A stretch of 64,000 nt of DNA, taken from assembly GCA_002633005.1 (NCBI GenBank), contig NMRA01000005.1, positions 826,706 to 890,705 of the forward strand, given 5' to 3'. Numbering within the stretch: position 1 is the first letter of the stretch; every line of letters begins with the position of its first letter. This DNA comes from Phoronis australis (Eukaryota; Animalia; Phoronida). The position numbers and the translations under genes were made by a program. The notes below the pieces were generated by a model. That model had not been told where the DNA came from, searched no databases, and worked only from the letters and a program-made list of their open reading frames with translations. Positions 38,359-51,572 of the stretch are shown one piece after another.

Positions 38359-38612
38359 TGTGGTACTCGGCTTTAGTTTATTAAACCTTAGTCATCATTT
38401 TGAGTTTCTGTGTCTTGCAATTAGTAACATGACCAAGAGTGTGAAACATCAGGTTTTTAAGAAATGTAACACAGCAATTTTAGGTCTCATTTGTTTAGAA
38501 AATTGTTTCAATTTAAGTGGTTCGCAATTATTTTTGCTTGGAAAAACCATCAGTGGAATTTACTTGTCTAATACATTAGAATCCTATAAGTTAAAGTGTT
38601 TGTGACGCTTGT

Positions 38613-38698
38613 TGGTCCCTGATTTAGAGGCCCAGGCAATCACAGTAGAGTGGGCCCTTTATTCAGTGAAGGAAACTGGACCTCTAAATCAGGGACCA
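38613..38698. repeat. 86-bp inverted repeat (tiny MITE or hairpin)
   Basis: tggtccctgatttagaggcccag / ctggacctctaaatcagggacca, 22 of 23 complementary. Confidence 0.85.
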
Positions 38699-40230
38699 TT
38701 ACATCCAACCAATGCCCAGTATCTACCCCCCCCCCGCCTTTTGTCGTAAATACTTGCTTCTGATATAGACCACTTCCCACTGTGAAATAATTAGTCTCGA
38801 GAAACTGAGAAAGAACTGACTTTGCTTCAAACCGAGCTCACAAAGGGTGGCGCTGTGTGATTGTAGAGTTGTTGTAGTTTGTGTGGTTAGTGCAAAGGTT
38901 GTTACTCAAGGATATTATCTGGGCTATAAGGGCGACATTCTACTGCTTATGTTTAATCTAGGAATGAAGAGGACATTTGGGTGTGGATAGTGAATGTAAT
39001 GTGAGAAAGAAATTCCACTTGTGTGAAGCTTCCGTGTTTTCTTACACCTGGAAAAAATGGAATTAAGAATTTTAAAAAATCTTGGAAAACGTGCATGTGT
39101 GTGTGCAAAATGAAATTACAATATGGCTGCATCAGACATGTTTTACTTCTGCCAGGTAGACAAATAATACACAAATAGTTCAAATAAATTGCTGCTTCCC
39201 AAAAATGAAATAATCCTGAACATGATTGTGTTTTTGAGATACCACTGGTATTTCCTGTCCTTACAACGAGAGATATGTTTACAATGGCACAGAGCGAAGT
39301 TCTATAAATCACAAAGAAGCTATGCTAAGCATCCTTGAAGCTATCTCAACTGATGATGAAACCTGTTGCAATTATCGAAATAATATGCCATTTAGTCAAA
39401 TCTGGGTATGTTTCACTGAAAACCAACATTGGTGCACTGTGATCTGATCTTTAGTCAGTTTGGTTTCGCACATGAATATAGTTATTGTTAGTCGCACTTG
39501 ATATTTTGCAAGTTTGATGTCGCATGCACAATGTTGGTCCCAATTTTTTGGAGTTTCTGAGAAGAAATTGAGTTGATCTTACCTCGTTGAAAATCGGCTA
39601 AAACCAGGCGTTCAATTTCTGTTACAACTATGCAACTGAAACGAATTGTCAGATTTTGTCAGTGAAGGTCTTAGTCGTTGTTTTCTGTCCAGTGTCATGG
39701 TGAACTTAATTCATTCGATGTCAGGTGTACAGAGCCGGAGATATTAATTTTGATTAAAGTGAAACAGGACACTTGCCATGTGTATACATTTCAAAACTAT
39801 GTATTAATGAATCCATCAATTTGTGTTGATTTACATGATAACCATCAAACTAGGAAGTTCATCGTCCCTGTCGCAAAAGAGAGAATTTTAATGTGTTAAG
39901 ACTTTTTTATTACTGAACTCAAGACATTGTACACTGTTGTCTTTTGTAATCCTTTGAAGTGTAAATGAAGATTCAGTATTTATAAGAGCACATGATTCAC
40001 ACGGTAGTGGTGTCGTGCAAAATCAGAATTTAAATGTACTTTGTGAGTCATACAGATTCCTTGTAATGTACACCCGCATGTAGTCATTTTTGGTATAACC
40101 TGAATCAAATTGCAGGTTTTGTGCGTGAGTTTGAAAAATAGCGTTTGTGCTTGTAATTGTTCATATTGTTGTTATTATTACTACTGTTGTTGTTGTGATT
40201 ATTATTATCATTGTTATTTGTATTATTATT

Positions 40231-40828
40231 ATTTGAAATTTGTTAAGTGTTACTCTCACTTTTAGTCGAGTGCCACTGTAAACTTTTGAATATAATCATA
40301 AATAAACGTTTGCTGTGCCACTCAGCTAAATGTTGTCAGTGACACTTAGCAAATTTTGAATATAATAATATTTACTAATTATAAATTTAATAATTAAGTA
40401 TAACACATGCGTTAGTAAAATTATTTACAAATAAATATTATAAAGAATAATAATAGAAATTCCAAAAATATTTAAAATATGACATTGTTACTATTGTAAT
40501 TGTTATTATTATTGAAAATTTGTAAATTGTCAGTGACAACTTTCAGCCTTGATACTGTTAATTTATGAATAGAATAATTTGAAATTTGTTAAGTGTTACT
40601 CACACTTTTAGTCGAGTGCCACTGTAAACTTTGGAATATAATCATAAATAAAAGTTTGCTGTGCCACTCAGCTAAATATTATCAGTGACACTTAACAAAT
40701 TTTGAATATAATAAATATTTACTAATTATAAATTTAATAATTAAGTATAAGACATGCATTAGTAAAATTATTTACATATAAATACTATAAAGAATTATAA
40801 TAGAAATTCCAAAAATAATTAAAATATG
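40231..40828. repeat. Direct duplication of a ~250-bp AT-rich block (40231-40481 and 40577-40828)
   Basis: Both start atttgaaatttgttaagtgttactc and end taaaatatg, with scattered substitutions. Confidence 0.9.
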
Positions 40829-41010
40829 CATTGAAATGAAATTCAAGATACAGAAATGGATTAGTGTAAAAATGAGGAATAGCTAAAAAGGCAGAATACT
40901 TAAAAATATTTCCAATTTCGGACAAAAACTATTGCCAAAATTAGTCTTATTTAATTTTCCAGAAGCTTTTAATATAGTTGTGGATGTCCACATTTTCTGA
41001 GAATCGCTCT

Positions 41011-41085
41011 GATGGTAGCTTCTGTATAGATCTTTGATGGTAGCTACTGTATAGATCTTTGATGGTAGCTACTGTATAGGTCTTT
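41011..41085. repeat. 25-bp tandem repeat, 3 copies
   Basis: gatggtagct(a/t)ctgtatagatcttt. Confidence 0.9.
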
Positions 41086-41919
41086 AAAAATGATCTAATA
41101 TCTATTTGGTCTTGCAAATTGTCTATGAAAAAAAAAATTCATTTGTTGGTCACATTGTGTCCTGAATTTGTGAGACTTTACAGTAAGTCACAAACTGATC
41201 TATATTATAGCAAGGGGCACTCAATGTTGTATTCTTCTTTGCGTAATATTGTCTTTATTTACTGTGATAATGTGCTGTTGTATTGGTTGCGCAAGGTTGG
41301 CATAGTAGAGCGTTAAAGTCAGATGATTGAAATGCTTGTTAATGTTTAAATGCTTGTTAATGTTTAAATGCTCACACATTGATGGTTTAGTTTTACTAGA
41401 ACCTTTCTTGCCAGGTGGATATAGCTCACCTGTAAATTCTTTCCTTTCATGTATATTATAAACATCAGTATTTTTACAATGGGGTGCTTATGTTTGCCAT
41501 TCAATTGATTGGCTGTTACATTTAGCCTACACAACCTACAAACACATTATGTTGTTGAATCGCAACATTTTGTTAGAATGGTCAGGTCAAAACTTCCGAA
41601 TTCTTATATTTTGTCAGGTGGTGTAACAATGGGAAACAATTCAGCCATTTATGTAGTTCTAGGAAATGAGATCTTTGTCACGGATTAAATGGATTTAGCA
41701 AGTCATGTAGTAACTGGTTTACGCTAGCTGAAACTTTGGTCATGAGAGTTATCATTTGCATTTTTGGAGATTGTTCTGATGCCAGACTTCTGTAATAGTT
41801 AAAAACATGTTGTACCTGTAAAGATGTCAAGATAAGCGTTTGTACTTATTTTCAGTAAACAGGATCTAGTGTGCGTGCGTGCGTGAGTGCATGTGTGTGT
41901 GTGCGTGTGGGTAATGCTC

Positions 41920-42008
41920 GGGTATAACGTACCCGAATTTTGAGAACCAGTTTTCTCCAGTGAATAACCGGATCAAACTGGTTCTCAAAATACGGGCATG
42001 TTATATCC
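41920..42008. repeat. 89-bp hairpin with ~34-bp arms, flanked by (GT)n-like microsatellite
   Basis: gggtataacgtacccgaattttgagaaccagttt / aaactggttctcaaaatacgggcatgttatatcc. Confidence 0.85.
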
Positions 42009-43199
42009 TTTAGTGCCGTGTGTGTGTGTGTACATGCGTTTGTAGTATTGATGAATAATTTTGATATTTTGTCAAAATATTAATATGCCATTAAATAATG
42101 AGTGTACATTACATGTTTCTGACTTCATAACCTGTCCAAACACAGTTAGAAATTTTCCTATTTTTTGTCACTGGTCATTTCCAAACCCTGCATTATAGAA
42201 CTAAAATAAGGGGTTCCAGACCAAAACATGAACCAAGGTGATCATGGGTTTCAAAGATAGAGTTGCCTGTCACTTTAAGAGGCATTTTTGTCATGAAAGC
42301 GTATTTATTTCAATCCTTTTATTTTCATTGCTTACTTGCTAAATGTTTAATTTGTTTCAACAGTCTACGAACAGGACTCCAGTTTTGTAAGAAATCGGTC
42401 AGTTTTCTGTTGGTGGAATATTTTGATTCTTCCTATCACTTGAGATCGAAGGACAAGAATTGAAAATAAATACTTATTGTTGGTGTGAAATGGAGTAATG
42501 TTCATGGCAATACCTTTTTCAATGCGCTATTCATGTGCCACAGGCTAAATATCAGTGGAAAGTGGTCGAAAGGGTAAATAGGGATATTGTTCAATTAACT
42601 GGGTATTGTAGTAATCTCGAGTTGGTAGTAGGTGTGAGACAAAAAATGGTGAGGTGTGATAGCACGCTTAATTATCCAACCTTTATAACTAATCGAAGGA
42701 ATTTTGCACCTCTTTTATCAAGTTGACAATGTATGAAATTTGGACTGCACTCTGACCTGGGTTTTTCCATCTCTAATAATGGAATTGTTGACTTGATAAA
42801 TTCCCACAAAACTTTCATCACATGATTTTGTCAAGTTTAAATTGAGGAGCGGCTGCTCACAACTTCAGTTTCTGAGACGCTGTGCACATCCTAGGTAGCT
42901 CTTAGTTTTTACCATTTTTGTAGACATCGCCAGTGGTATTTAGGTTATTAGGAGAGGCTTGTATTATAGGTCATGTGGTTGTTTCTGCTTTTAAACAATT
43001 TTGTGGTAGAGAACCAAAGGGTTGTTCATTGTTGCTGTTCTATTTTTGGTTAAGTGCAGCAGAGGAAAGTGTTTCCGAAGCCGTGTTCAAAGAGTTTGTT
43101 TTGAATTGGGAATTTGTTTTTGTTTAAACAATCTCTTATCTTTGTCTCTGTTTACTGATATGTGCGTTCCTTAAATTAACACAGTTACTCTTCTTTTAG

Positions 43200-43341
43200 A
43201 CAACGATGGTGTGCTCTCCTCCAGCTTGTCTTGCACACCGCGAGGTGGTGTTTTTGATGCCTCGATGGACACCTCGCCTGCTGGTGGCGAAAAGCGCCCC
43301 CTCAGTGCCACCGGGGAAGCTCCGGCTGCCAAACGGCAAAA
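43200..43341 (+). CDS. TAF3: TAF3 exon with EKRPL...PAAKRQK basic (NLS-like) motif
   Basis: ctcttcttttag acceptor, aa|gtgagt donor; phase 1-2; GC-rich; resembles the vertebrate TAF3 KRPL...PAMKRPR segment. Confidence 0.88.
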
Positions 43342-45594
43342 GTGAGTTTAGAATACAATAAAGTTTTGTCATTTTTGAGCACCCTGTTATTTTATGATGC
43401 CAATAATTATTTGCGATGGGATTTTAAGATCATCATGTGCATGAACCTCACATGGCTGTAGAATGTTTTTAAGTGAATTTGGCAAGCAATAACGTGATTA
43501 TTCATGTGCACTAGGCTGAAATCTGACGAACATTCAGCTGACAATGTCTCGCTCTAGAAAAATTAAAGAGACTTTTGATCTGATAATTTTCTTGTGTGCA
43601 TTTAAAGCAGTTTTTTAAAGCTTTTAAAAAAGTCTTACATTTTAATGTGAGTGCGTATGAAAGTTGCAAGTGCTGAAAAGAGATGTTATACATATATTAT
43701 ATTGTTTTATTTACTGCGTTCTGTGATATTTCAGCTCGGTTATAGCTGAACTGTTTTGAGAAACCTTATGATGATTCAACTTTACGGCTCATTGCGACTT
43801 TTGTTGCTGATTTGTTTTCCTTAGTTTTCGAGACAGGAAGCGATTAGATTCCATTGCTATTTTAATCTCAATCTATTTAGTGTTATCAGTTTTTGCAGGG
43901 TATCTGTTTAGGCATCAAGCATGGTTATTTCAGTTAGTGTCTGTAGTGGCGCAGATGTTATCCCCTGGTATTTGATGCCGCCAAAAAAAAATCTCCTGTG
44001 GTGTGTCATCCGCATAACGCGACAGTCACGTGGGCGGATATCTGGCCCATTTTAGCCTCGCCCCAGAAGCCTGAAGCCCATATATGGTGTTGTTGAAATT
44101 TCAGCTGTCATCATTGGTGATTCACTGTTTGTCATGTGTCAAAACTAAACAGAGACATCCGCATTTTCCGACAGTCACGTGTTGCGTATGCGTAGGCACG
44201 CAGCATCCTACGAATGATAAATTAGTTTGAGTTCCTAAATAATAATGCTTATCGCTAGTTGTAACTTCATTGCCAAATCAGGAGTTCATAGGGAACAGTG
44301 CTTTGTTATTTGTTTTCAACAGTCTGCGTTTGTTGTTATCCTGTTGCACTTCACTTGGAATTTTGTTATGACCGATTTTTGCGGTTTGATGTCATCTGGT
44401 GTTTTTAATGACTCATCCTAGCGTGTCTGTGGCACACAGAGATCACTACTATGTTGATTTTTTGGTGTTGGCATTGCAACTCATTGTTGACAAGTGACTG
44501 TTTTACTTGTACAAGACCACTGAAATGTCAGTAGAAGTTTGTTGTAAAATTGTATAGCATTGCAGTTTTGCGGCAAGTGCCTTGCTGATTGGCGTCATTG
44601 GCGTTACTTTCTGCAGAATGGGGTATTTCGGAATGTGTCTATTCACCTGTTGCTATTTGCTCCACATCCATTGAATAGTTCTTCATTTGATTTGTAACGA
44701 GGCATGTGATTCGCTGTTTTGCCGTTACCCTCCTGCCTGAGAACCTATGGGGATGCCTGTTGTGTGTGTTAGGCTTATACTAGCATGAGATGCATTTGTT
44801 TAAGCTGTACTCATACTGTTATAAGTCAACCACTCACTTCTTGTTCATCAAAGTCTGGAAAAACTTTTGTTTTGAGGATTGGCATAGGTCTGTGCTGAAC
44901 AATCCAGTCCATCTTGCCATGGCAATTTGTGATCTTTCTGGTCATTTTCCGTGAGCTGTATTCACTTTTCAAGCTTTTGTCCCATTGCAACCGATAAGAA
45001 TGCACTTCAGTTCATTGTATGTTGTTCAGATGTTCAATATCGTGAATTTAGGTAAATTCACAACTTTTGTAATCACAGCGTAACGTACCAGGAAGATTTA
45101 TGCAGCAGGGTGGCAGGACACCCCCATCATGCCCTTTACAGATAACTTCAAATTAAAATAAGACAAATTTTTGTTTACTGTAGTTGAGCCCCCTTTAGAA
45201 CACCTTAGATACCACCCGTTGTATAATAAAGCTACTCTTCTTGTTTATGATATCCTTGTAGTTTAGAAACTGGGATTTGTTGCCTGCTTTGATGTGTTGT
45301 TATCAGTATGTCAACCACAACAAATTATTTTTTACAAAAATTCCAGACATAACATGACATTATGTTCAAAAGATAATTTGTTTATTGCATTTCCACTTTC
45401 TCTCAGCTGTTCAAATTGCCACGTGCCCCACTGGTGACATATGCCACCTTATTTCTTTCCAGACTTCTTTAATCGATGTTTGATATCTTAGCGCACTTCG
45501 ACCCTAATTGTCCTCATGAGACAAAGTGTCATAAACATGATAAGACTGTCACCTCGGATTTCTGTGTTATCAGTTATTGTCTTATTATGCACCG

Positions 45595-45854
45595 CAGGGC
45601 CCTCATTCCCTTGCTTTTGGGGTCGAATATCGGCCCTATTCCCCTCTGAATAATATTGAAAAATCATGCGAAATTTCCCTCGTGATGCCCATTAATCCCC
45701 CTTGAATGACAGAAAAATTCCCCTCGAGGTTCAACTCACGCAGGTGACAATTTGAAGGAGCATGAAATGCTAGTTTTGGCTACTTGAGGCAGAGCTTATT
45801 GAGGGCTTGCTTGCAACAGGGTGGGGGGGGTGCTAAGGATGAATGAAGGCCCTG
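45595..45854. mobile_element. 260-bp MITE with CAGGG termini and 5-bp TSD
   Basis: cagggccctcattc / gaatgaaggccctg TIRs; caccg duplicated exactly on both flanks. Confidence 0.85.
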
Positions 45855-48109
45855 CACCGACTATCATTGAAGACATTGACCTTTTGTTCAAAGTAGTGTT
45901 TGCACACAATGGCCCAGGTTGACAGCAAGCCCTCTTTTATACAGACTTTGGTCAGTCGTTCCCTTTGATCTCCAGGTCATGGTCACTTTCTTAAAGTGCT
46001 CATGAATTGTTTTTTCAATTTTTGACTGGCACTGATTTTGTGAGTCTTAAATTGGTCGGTAATTTAAACAAATTTTCTGAGAACAGAACTGCAAAATACA
46101 GATGAGGTGTTTGTTATCTGGTATTTGGCATAAGAAAGGCTTGTGTCATGGAATCAAACAGATGCATATATTTGTAAATTAAACTAAACAAGAAAATGGT
46201 GCCTTTTGAAGACAAACGGGCATTTCATCTTAATTTTTTTGCATTGAAATTGTCAGTCAAAATCTGACACTCGGAGAGAAAACTGACATTTTCCTACCTG
46301 AGTTGTCTAAATTTCTCAGGTGTGCAAATTCGTAGTCTGAAATTCGCACAGCCCTGTCAAATCCATTTTCTAAACTTTGAAGGGAAGCCTACTGTTAATT
46401 TCCCTGATGTTTTTGATATCCTTTAACAAAATGGCTACCATAGTTGGAGTCATTGGTGCACAACACCCCTGCTTCAGATTGGCATAACTTGTTTGGGATG
46501 AAAGTTGCGATGTCTCTACCTTGCCCCTTCTGAGAACACGGAGCACTTTGCAGAAGATAAGGGTGCTTGCAATGTTTGTTTTACGATTTCCTGGATTTCG
46601 ATTGAAATTTGATCTTTTGTTATCACGTCATGCACTTTTTGATACCCCAAGTACAAAGGAATTTAGATAATCTGATTTATGAGTTGACAGTACTGATCAA
46701 AGGGGGAAAATGTGACCAAAGGTTTTTGATGAGGTCATTCATTTAGGTCCAAAAGTTGGAAATTGAGTCGGTGATGTGGTATTTTTAGTTGTCCCCTTTT
46801 TCAAAAAAGGAAATTCTGAGGCAAGCAAAAATGATGCAAGATTTGTTTGTTTTTTTATTTATTCATCGCTTCGCAAATCATGGTGGTGTTCCAAACCTTG
46901 TGCAGCTTTTCAAAAAACACAAGATGGCTGAAATCGATGCAGGTGGATGTTTCTTGTTGTTTAGTTGGTGAGTGCAGGTTTCACAATATGTCGGGGTAGA
47001 GACCAGAGCCAAGTACGGTGTTTAGCCTAAACAGTTGAAACCTGTGTTGTAGATTTATGTGGTTTCTATGGAATTTTCATTTTTGCTACATTATGTGTAG
47101 TGTCGTATCATCTATGATGTTTTTGTTGTCGGTGGTAACTTTCCTCTTTTGCATCTTATGAACTCTGACCTCTGTGATTTACTGCTGTTGTCTGTTCGCC
47201 TGCCCAGGTTAATTAGCTCTCTATTCTGATTCGACATAGAAAGCCCATTGGCCTGATTAGGATGACAGTCATTTTCATCTGTTGCCGCTGCAGCTTTGTT
47301 CCCTCACCAATAGATGGTGATTCTGTGTCTCTTGCCTTAATTTAAAGCGTGTTCAGTGGTAAATTTTAAAACATTTTGGTCTTCTCCAAAATGTACTGGT
47401 TCATTGCCAAGAAAATGACGAGCTGCGGATATGTTGGTATTGGTGCAGCCATAGTCATGTGACACGTTCTTGGTGATCATGTGTCCAGGTTACCCAGTCC
47501 ATTAAGTGCAATATACTTTAGTGGTCTTGGTGATCTGAACCCATTGTGGCCACTAGTCTACAAACAGTGAAGGAGGTATCTTGTTGTTGAGTGGGTATAC
47601 TATTCCTTATGCATCGACGATGTATCAGTTTTCTTTGCATGTGATCGGGGTACAGAACTCGAGCGTGTTGCTGATTCACATCGTTATGTGTTTTTGGTGT
47701 CATTAGTCATGAGTCATCACGCGGCATTTAAAAGACCTAGACGTAATGTTAGAGCCTCTAACCTACTGTCAATAGCAGTACAATTCAATGTACGGGTAGT
47801 ACTGATATAATAATGTGCTAAAGTCTCGACAATTTTGGACAAAATTAAATGCATAATTACACTTTTATCATTTATTTTCTGACATTGTTGGAATATCCAC
47901 AGTTCTTTGAACTATTGTCTACTGGGTAGCTATGGTACAGAACTTTTTTTACGGCAAATAAGCATTCTGGTGCTGTATATCGTTTACGAAAAAGTGGAAA
48001 ATGAATTTTCACGTGTTCGAAGTATTGCGTCCTTGATTGGGGAGATTTTACTGCAGTCATAAAACTAGTGATAGTTGTGACTAATAGTGCCAGTCCTCTA
48101 GCAGGAACT

Positions 48110-48438
48110 CAGGGCTTGGAATTTTCTTCTTTTTAAAAAGTTTCCTCTTATGGTTTCGATTTCCTCTCATTTGATTTCTAGTTTCCCTTTTCTTGTCTTT
48201 TTGTCGTTATTTTGTCGTTATTTATGCAAAAACGTTTATTTCAGTTAAATTTTACAACACAAAAAATATTTCCATCACTCAAGCGTATTTATGTGTGGAA
48301 CAATACATCACCTGGAAAATTTTTCTCTTTTTTGTCTTTGGTCATTCCAAGCCCTGGAATATGTAACAGTTTGTGTCATTGGTCATTCCAAGCCCTGGAA
48401 TATGTAACAGTTTGTGTCACTGGTCATTCCAAGCCCTG
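48110..48438. mobile_element. MITE family C with right end present three times (41-bp period)
   Basis: cagggcttggaat start; attccaagccctg ends at 48356, 48397 and 48438; flanks ggaact / ggagct. Confidence 0.88.
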
Positions 48439-50195
48439 GGAGCTATTTACAACAAATGCAAAAATCATGTCGAATGGTTTACATCTATTTGTATAACATT
48501 TACCACTGTTTTACATAGAGTGTACATTGAATGGCATGCCGACAAATGATCCCTGAAGTGTAATCATTAGTTCATCTCATATTTTCAACCTTTCATGAAA
48601 ATTTCAAGGAAACCTGTTAATACAGTTTTTGCCAATATTTGTATTTTTCTCATTTTTTGTAAGGCTACAAATATGCCCTTCCCACAATTTCCCAGACTAG
48701 TTTCTAACGAAAAAGTGAAAAACATAATAAAATTTCACTTGTCTGCCATATTGTGTTCTCAGTTATTGAGATTTTAGTGTATCTTTTGAGTTAAACTTGC
48801 GACTGACGACATACGAACTAAAGCTCAAATAAGTATCGTCCGGTTACCTATTTTCGTCAGGCTCCAAAGTTCGTCCGCCATCTTGTTTCGCGTGCAGCGC
48901 GACCACGCGGGACTTAGCGTTCCAATTTGGAGTTCTCGTCTGCACGTTAGGTACTAACTTATCGGAAGAGACACGTATCAAAGTAATGAGACAAAAATCG
49001 GTGAGTTTACCGATTGTTTTTTAAAACCACTTAAAAATCAGTAGATTTTACTAATACACTTTTTTGTGCGTTTTCAGAAGATGTTTTCGAATTTAAATTT
49101 TCTTCCGACGGGACACAAAACATGATCCAGGGTTTGTTTATGCAATGTATCTGTTTTTCCCAGGCACTAGTAGGATCTAGAAGGCCAAAGGAAAAATCCG
49201 CAGACAAATGCGATACGCTGGGTTCTTAACATTTTGCCTCACGCATTCACCATTAAACTGCATTGAAATGTTGTCCAATTGGCTTTTATTGGAAACCACA
49301 GTGCAGAGCTCAACATCAAAGCTTCAAATCGAGTTTATGTCAATAAAAACAGGCTGTTGCAATTTTCATTACTTCGTTGGCCTTTTTCTGCATGTTTCTC
49401 AGTTTTTACAAAAGGGGGCAGCATATGACGAACTTAGGTTTCAGAATAAAATGGCTGCCGAAGGCAGTGCACATTTGAAATAACTCGGCACAAATTAAAG
49501 AAAACTTCCGAATCGATGAATGCGGTATATCTGTGAGAGTTAAATCGAATCCTATTCAGATCATAACTTTGAAGTGGAATAATTCGGTGAGTACAACAGC
49601 AAGTCGGTTTTATGCTTAGGCGGACGAACATTGGGCTCCCCAGTATATGTCTTGGCAGAAGTTTCAAGATAAAGTGTGAATCAGTTGTGCTGTTATCGTG
49701 CAAAGTTGAAACTTGGACCTCAATTCCATTTGTTTCTTTTTACATTTGCTTACTGAAGCAGTTATCCTATTTAACGGTCCATCACCATTGCGGGCAAGTC
49801 TAGGCCTCGCACACTCAATCGGTCAGAGACTTCACCCAGAAATAAAGAATATTGACCAATCACAATGGAGCATGAATAACAGTCATCGAAACTGTTTCAC
49901 ACAAAAACAGTTTCTTGATAAAAAAGGCAATTCATGCATCGTATATTTAGGTGTAAACATAAGATACAAATCTCCAACTTTCTTGCTGATGTTGGGTTTA
50001 TCACGTCTGATTTATTGAAATTTACGTGGAGCTGCGGTTCATGCGAACCTATTTTAATTGTCACAGTAATTTGAAATTGCATCATTTACCCATCTCGGCC
50101 AAATAATGTTATTAAGAAAGGCACTCTGTGTATCATTGATGTCCCACTATTGTAGCATATTTCCACTTAACTAATGCGGACTATTTATTCTACAG

Positions 50196-50602
50196 GACTC
50201 TACCTGAAGAGGCGGAGCCTTCCAGCTACGAAATGAAGGGTGTGGTCATGTCAGAACTGGGTCTTGTGTCCCCTGTGAGGACTGGACGACTCCCTGACGC
50301 GCGCACTCCTCAAGGCTACAGGATGACTGCGAAACCAGCGGAACAAGATGAGAACCGACCTCCGAAGATCAGCATTGACCTCGACGATGACGATGACGAC
50401 GAGAATGACCTTCCGCCGTCATTAGACACAAACAAAGAGAAAATGAAATCAAGAATTTTCATGAAGGGGGCTCCACCAGCGAAGGCGCCAGACCCGACTC
50501 GAGGCAAATCGCGAGAGCCGCCAAAGAGTCCGAAAGGAGCGAGGAAGAATCTTTCTGTCATGCCTGATGAAGAAGAAGAGGAGGAAGTAGAAGAAATAAA
50601 AG
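50196..50602 (+). CDS. TAF3: TAF3 exon (SPVRTGRLPDARTP motif, acidic tracts)
   Basis: ttattctacag acceptor, g|gtgggt donor; in frame with ORF 50233..50667. Confidence 0.9.
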
Positions 50603-51077
50603 GTGGGTTGGACATGTGGGGAAGTTTTATGTGGGTTGGACATGTGGGGAACTTCTACGATTCGTAATTACTGGCTAATTTATTCACATTTGGCCAATAT
50701 TACACTCGCAGGGTTAACACCAAGTGGTGTTCTCTTGTCTTCTAAGCATGATTTTTAAAAGCCTTTTGTCCATTTCCAAAAGTGTTGTACACAATATGTT
50801 TATTTGAACGTGTTTGGTGGAAACCCTGCGTCACTGTTTCTGAATGCTTAAGAGGTGGGAATGACACTATAGTGTATGAAGCCTGTTTACGGATTGCTGA
50901 GTCCCCAAACTTGAATTTCTACTGAATTTGTAATGTTTCAGATGTTACTCATTACCTGCTGTGGTATCTGATTTCTTTTTTTCATTCCACCCCAGTATTG
51001 TGTTTTATTTGCCCCGTTTGGGGGCAGATCATTACGATAAAGTTAGTGGCAACATTTTGATACAAATTGATTTTCAG

Positions 51078-51298
51078 AACCCAGTCCGGAGCCTGTGGCA
51101 AAGGTTGATCCGAACCGTTCACCAGAAGACTTCTCGTTGGTCATCGCTGAGGAGGAAGCATTGAACCAGGAGACCGAGGAAGAACACGAAATCAGGATGA
51201 AAAGTATTGACGACGCCATTGAATCTGCCATTCTTAACGCAATGAAGATGAATGAAGAAGAAGAGGACAAGATCTGGAGCAACGTGTTGGCGGCCAAG
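51078..51298 (+). CDS. TAF3: TAF3 exon (acidic, SIDDAIESAI motif)
   Basis: attttcag acceptor, aag|gtaatt donor; phase 1-0. Confidence 0.88.
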
Positions 51299-51572
51299 GT
51301 AATTACAGAATGTCTGAATCATCTTATTAACTAATTTGTAAATTCTTCATTCTCCACCAAGACAAAAGGCTACTCTGGTGATGAATGAGTTCACAGTCCG
51401 TTCAGTCGTCGTGACGGTAAATTCCAGGTCATTTTGCTTGAATACTTTTGGTGTGTACTGTATCAATACTTCAGTTGTTTCCACATACAAACCTAATGAT
51501 CATTGGTTATTAGACTCAGAGTTCCATTGGTATAGCTTTTACTTGTGCTCTATTTTACTCCTTGTCCCATAG

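Noticed and set aside
39238-39446. 70-codon open stretch as replacement TAF3 exon
   Set aside because: No resemblance to the TAF3 histone-fold block, and its best donor is phase 0, incompatible with the phase-1 exon at 43200.
39678-43127. ORFs 39678..39899 (RCTEPE) and 42933..43127 (CGREP) as the missing GRTxP exon
   Set aside because: Only 3-4 residue coincidences; the downstream conserved residues and compatible splice sites are absent.
48316-48438. CRISPR-like repeat array (also considered for 9531-9625 and 62713-63375)
   Set aside because: No unique spacers, no cas genes, eukaryotic context; these are simple tandem repeats.
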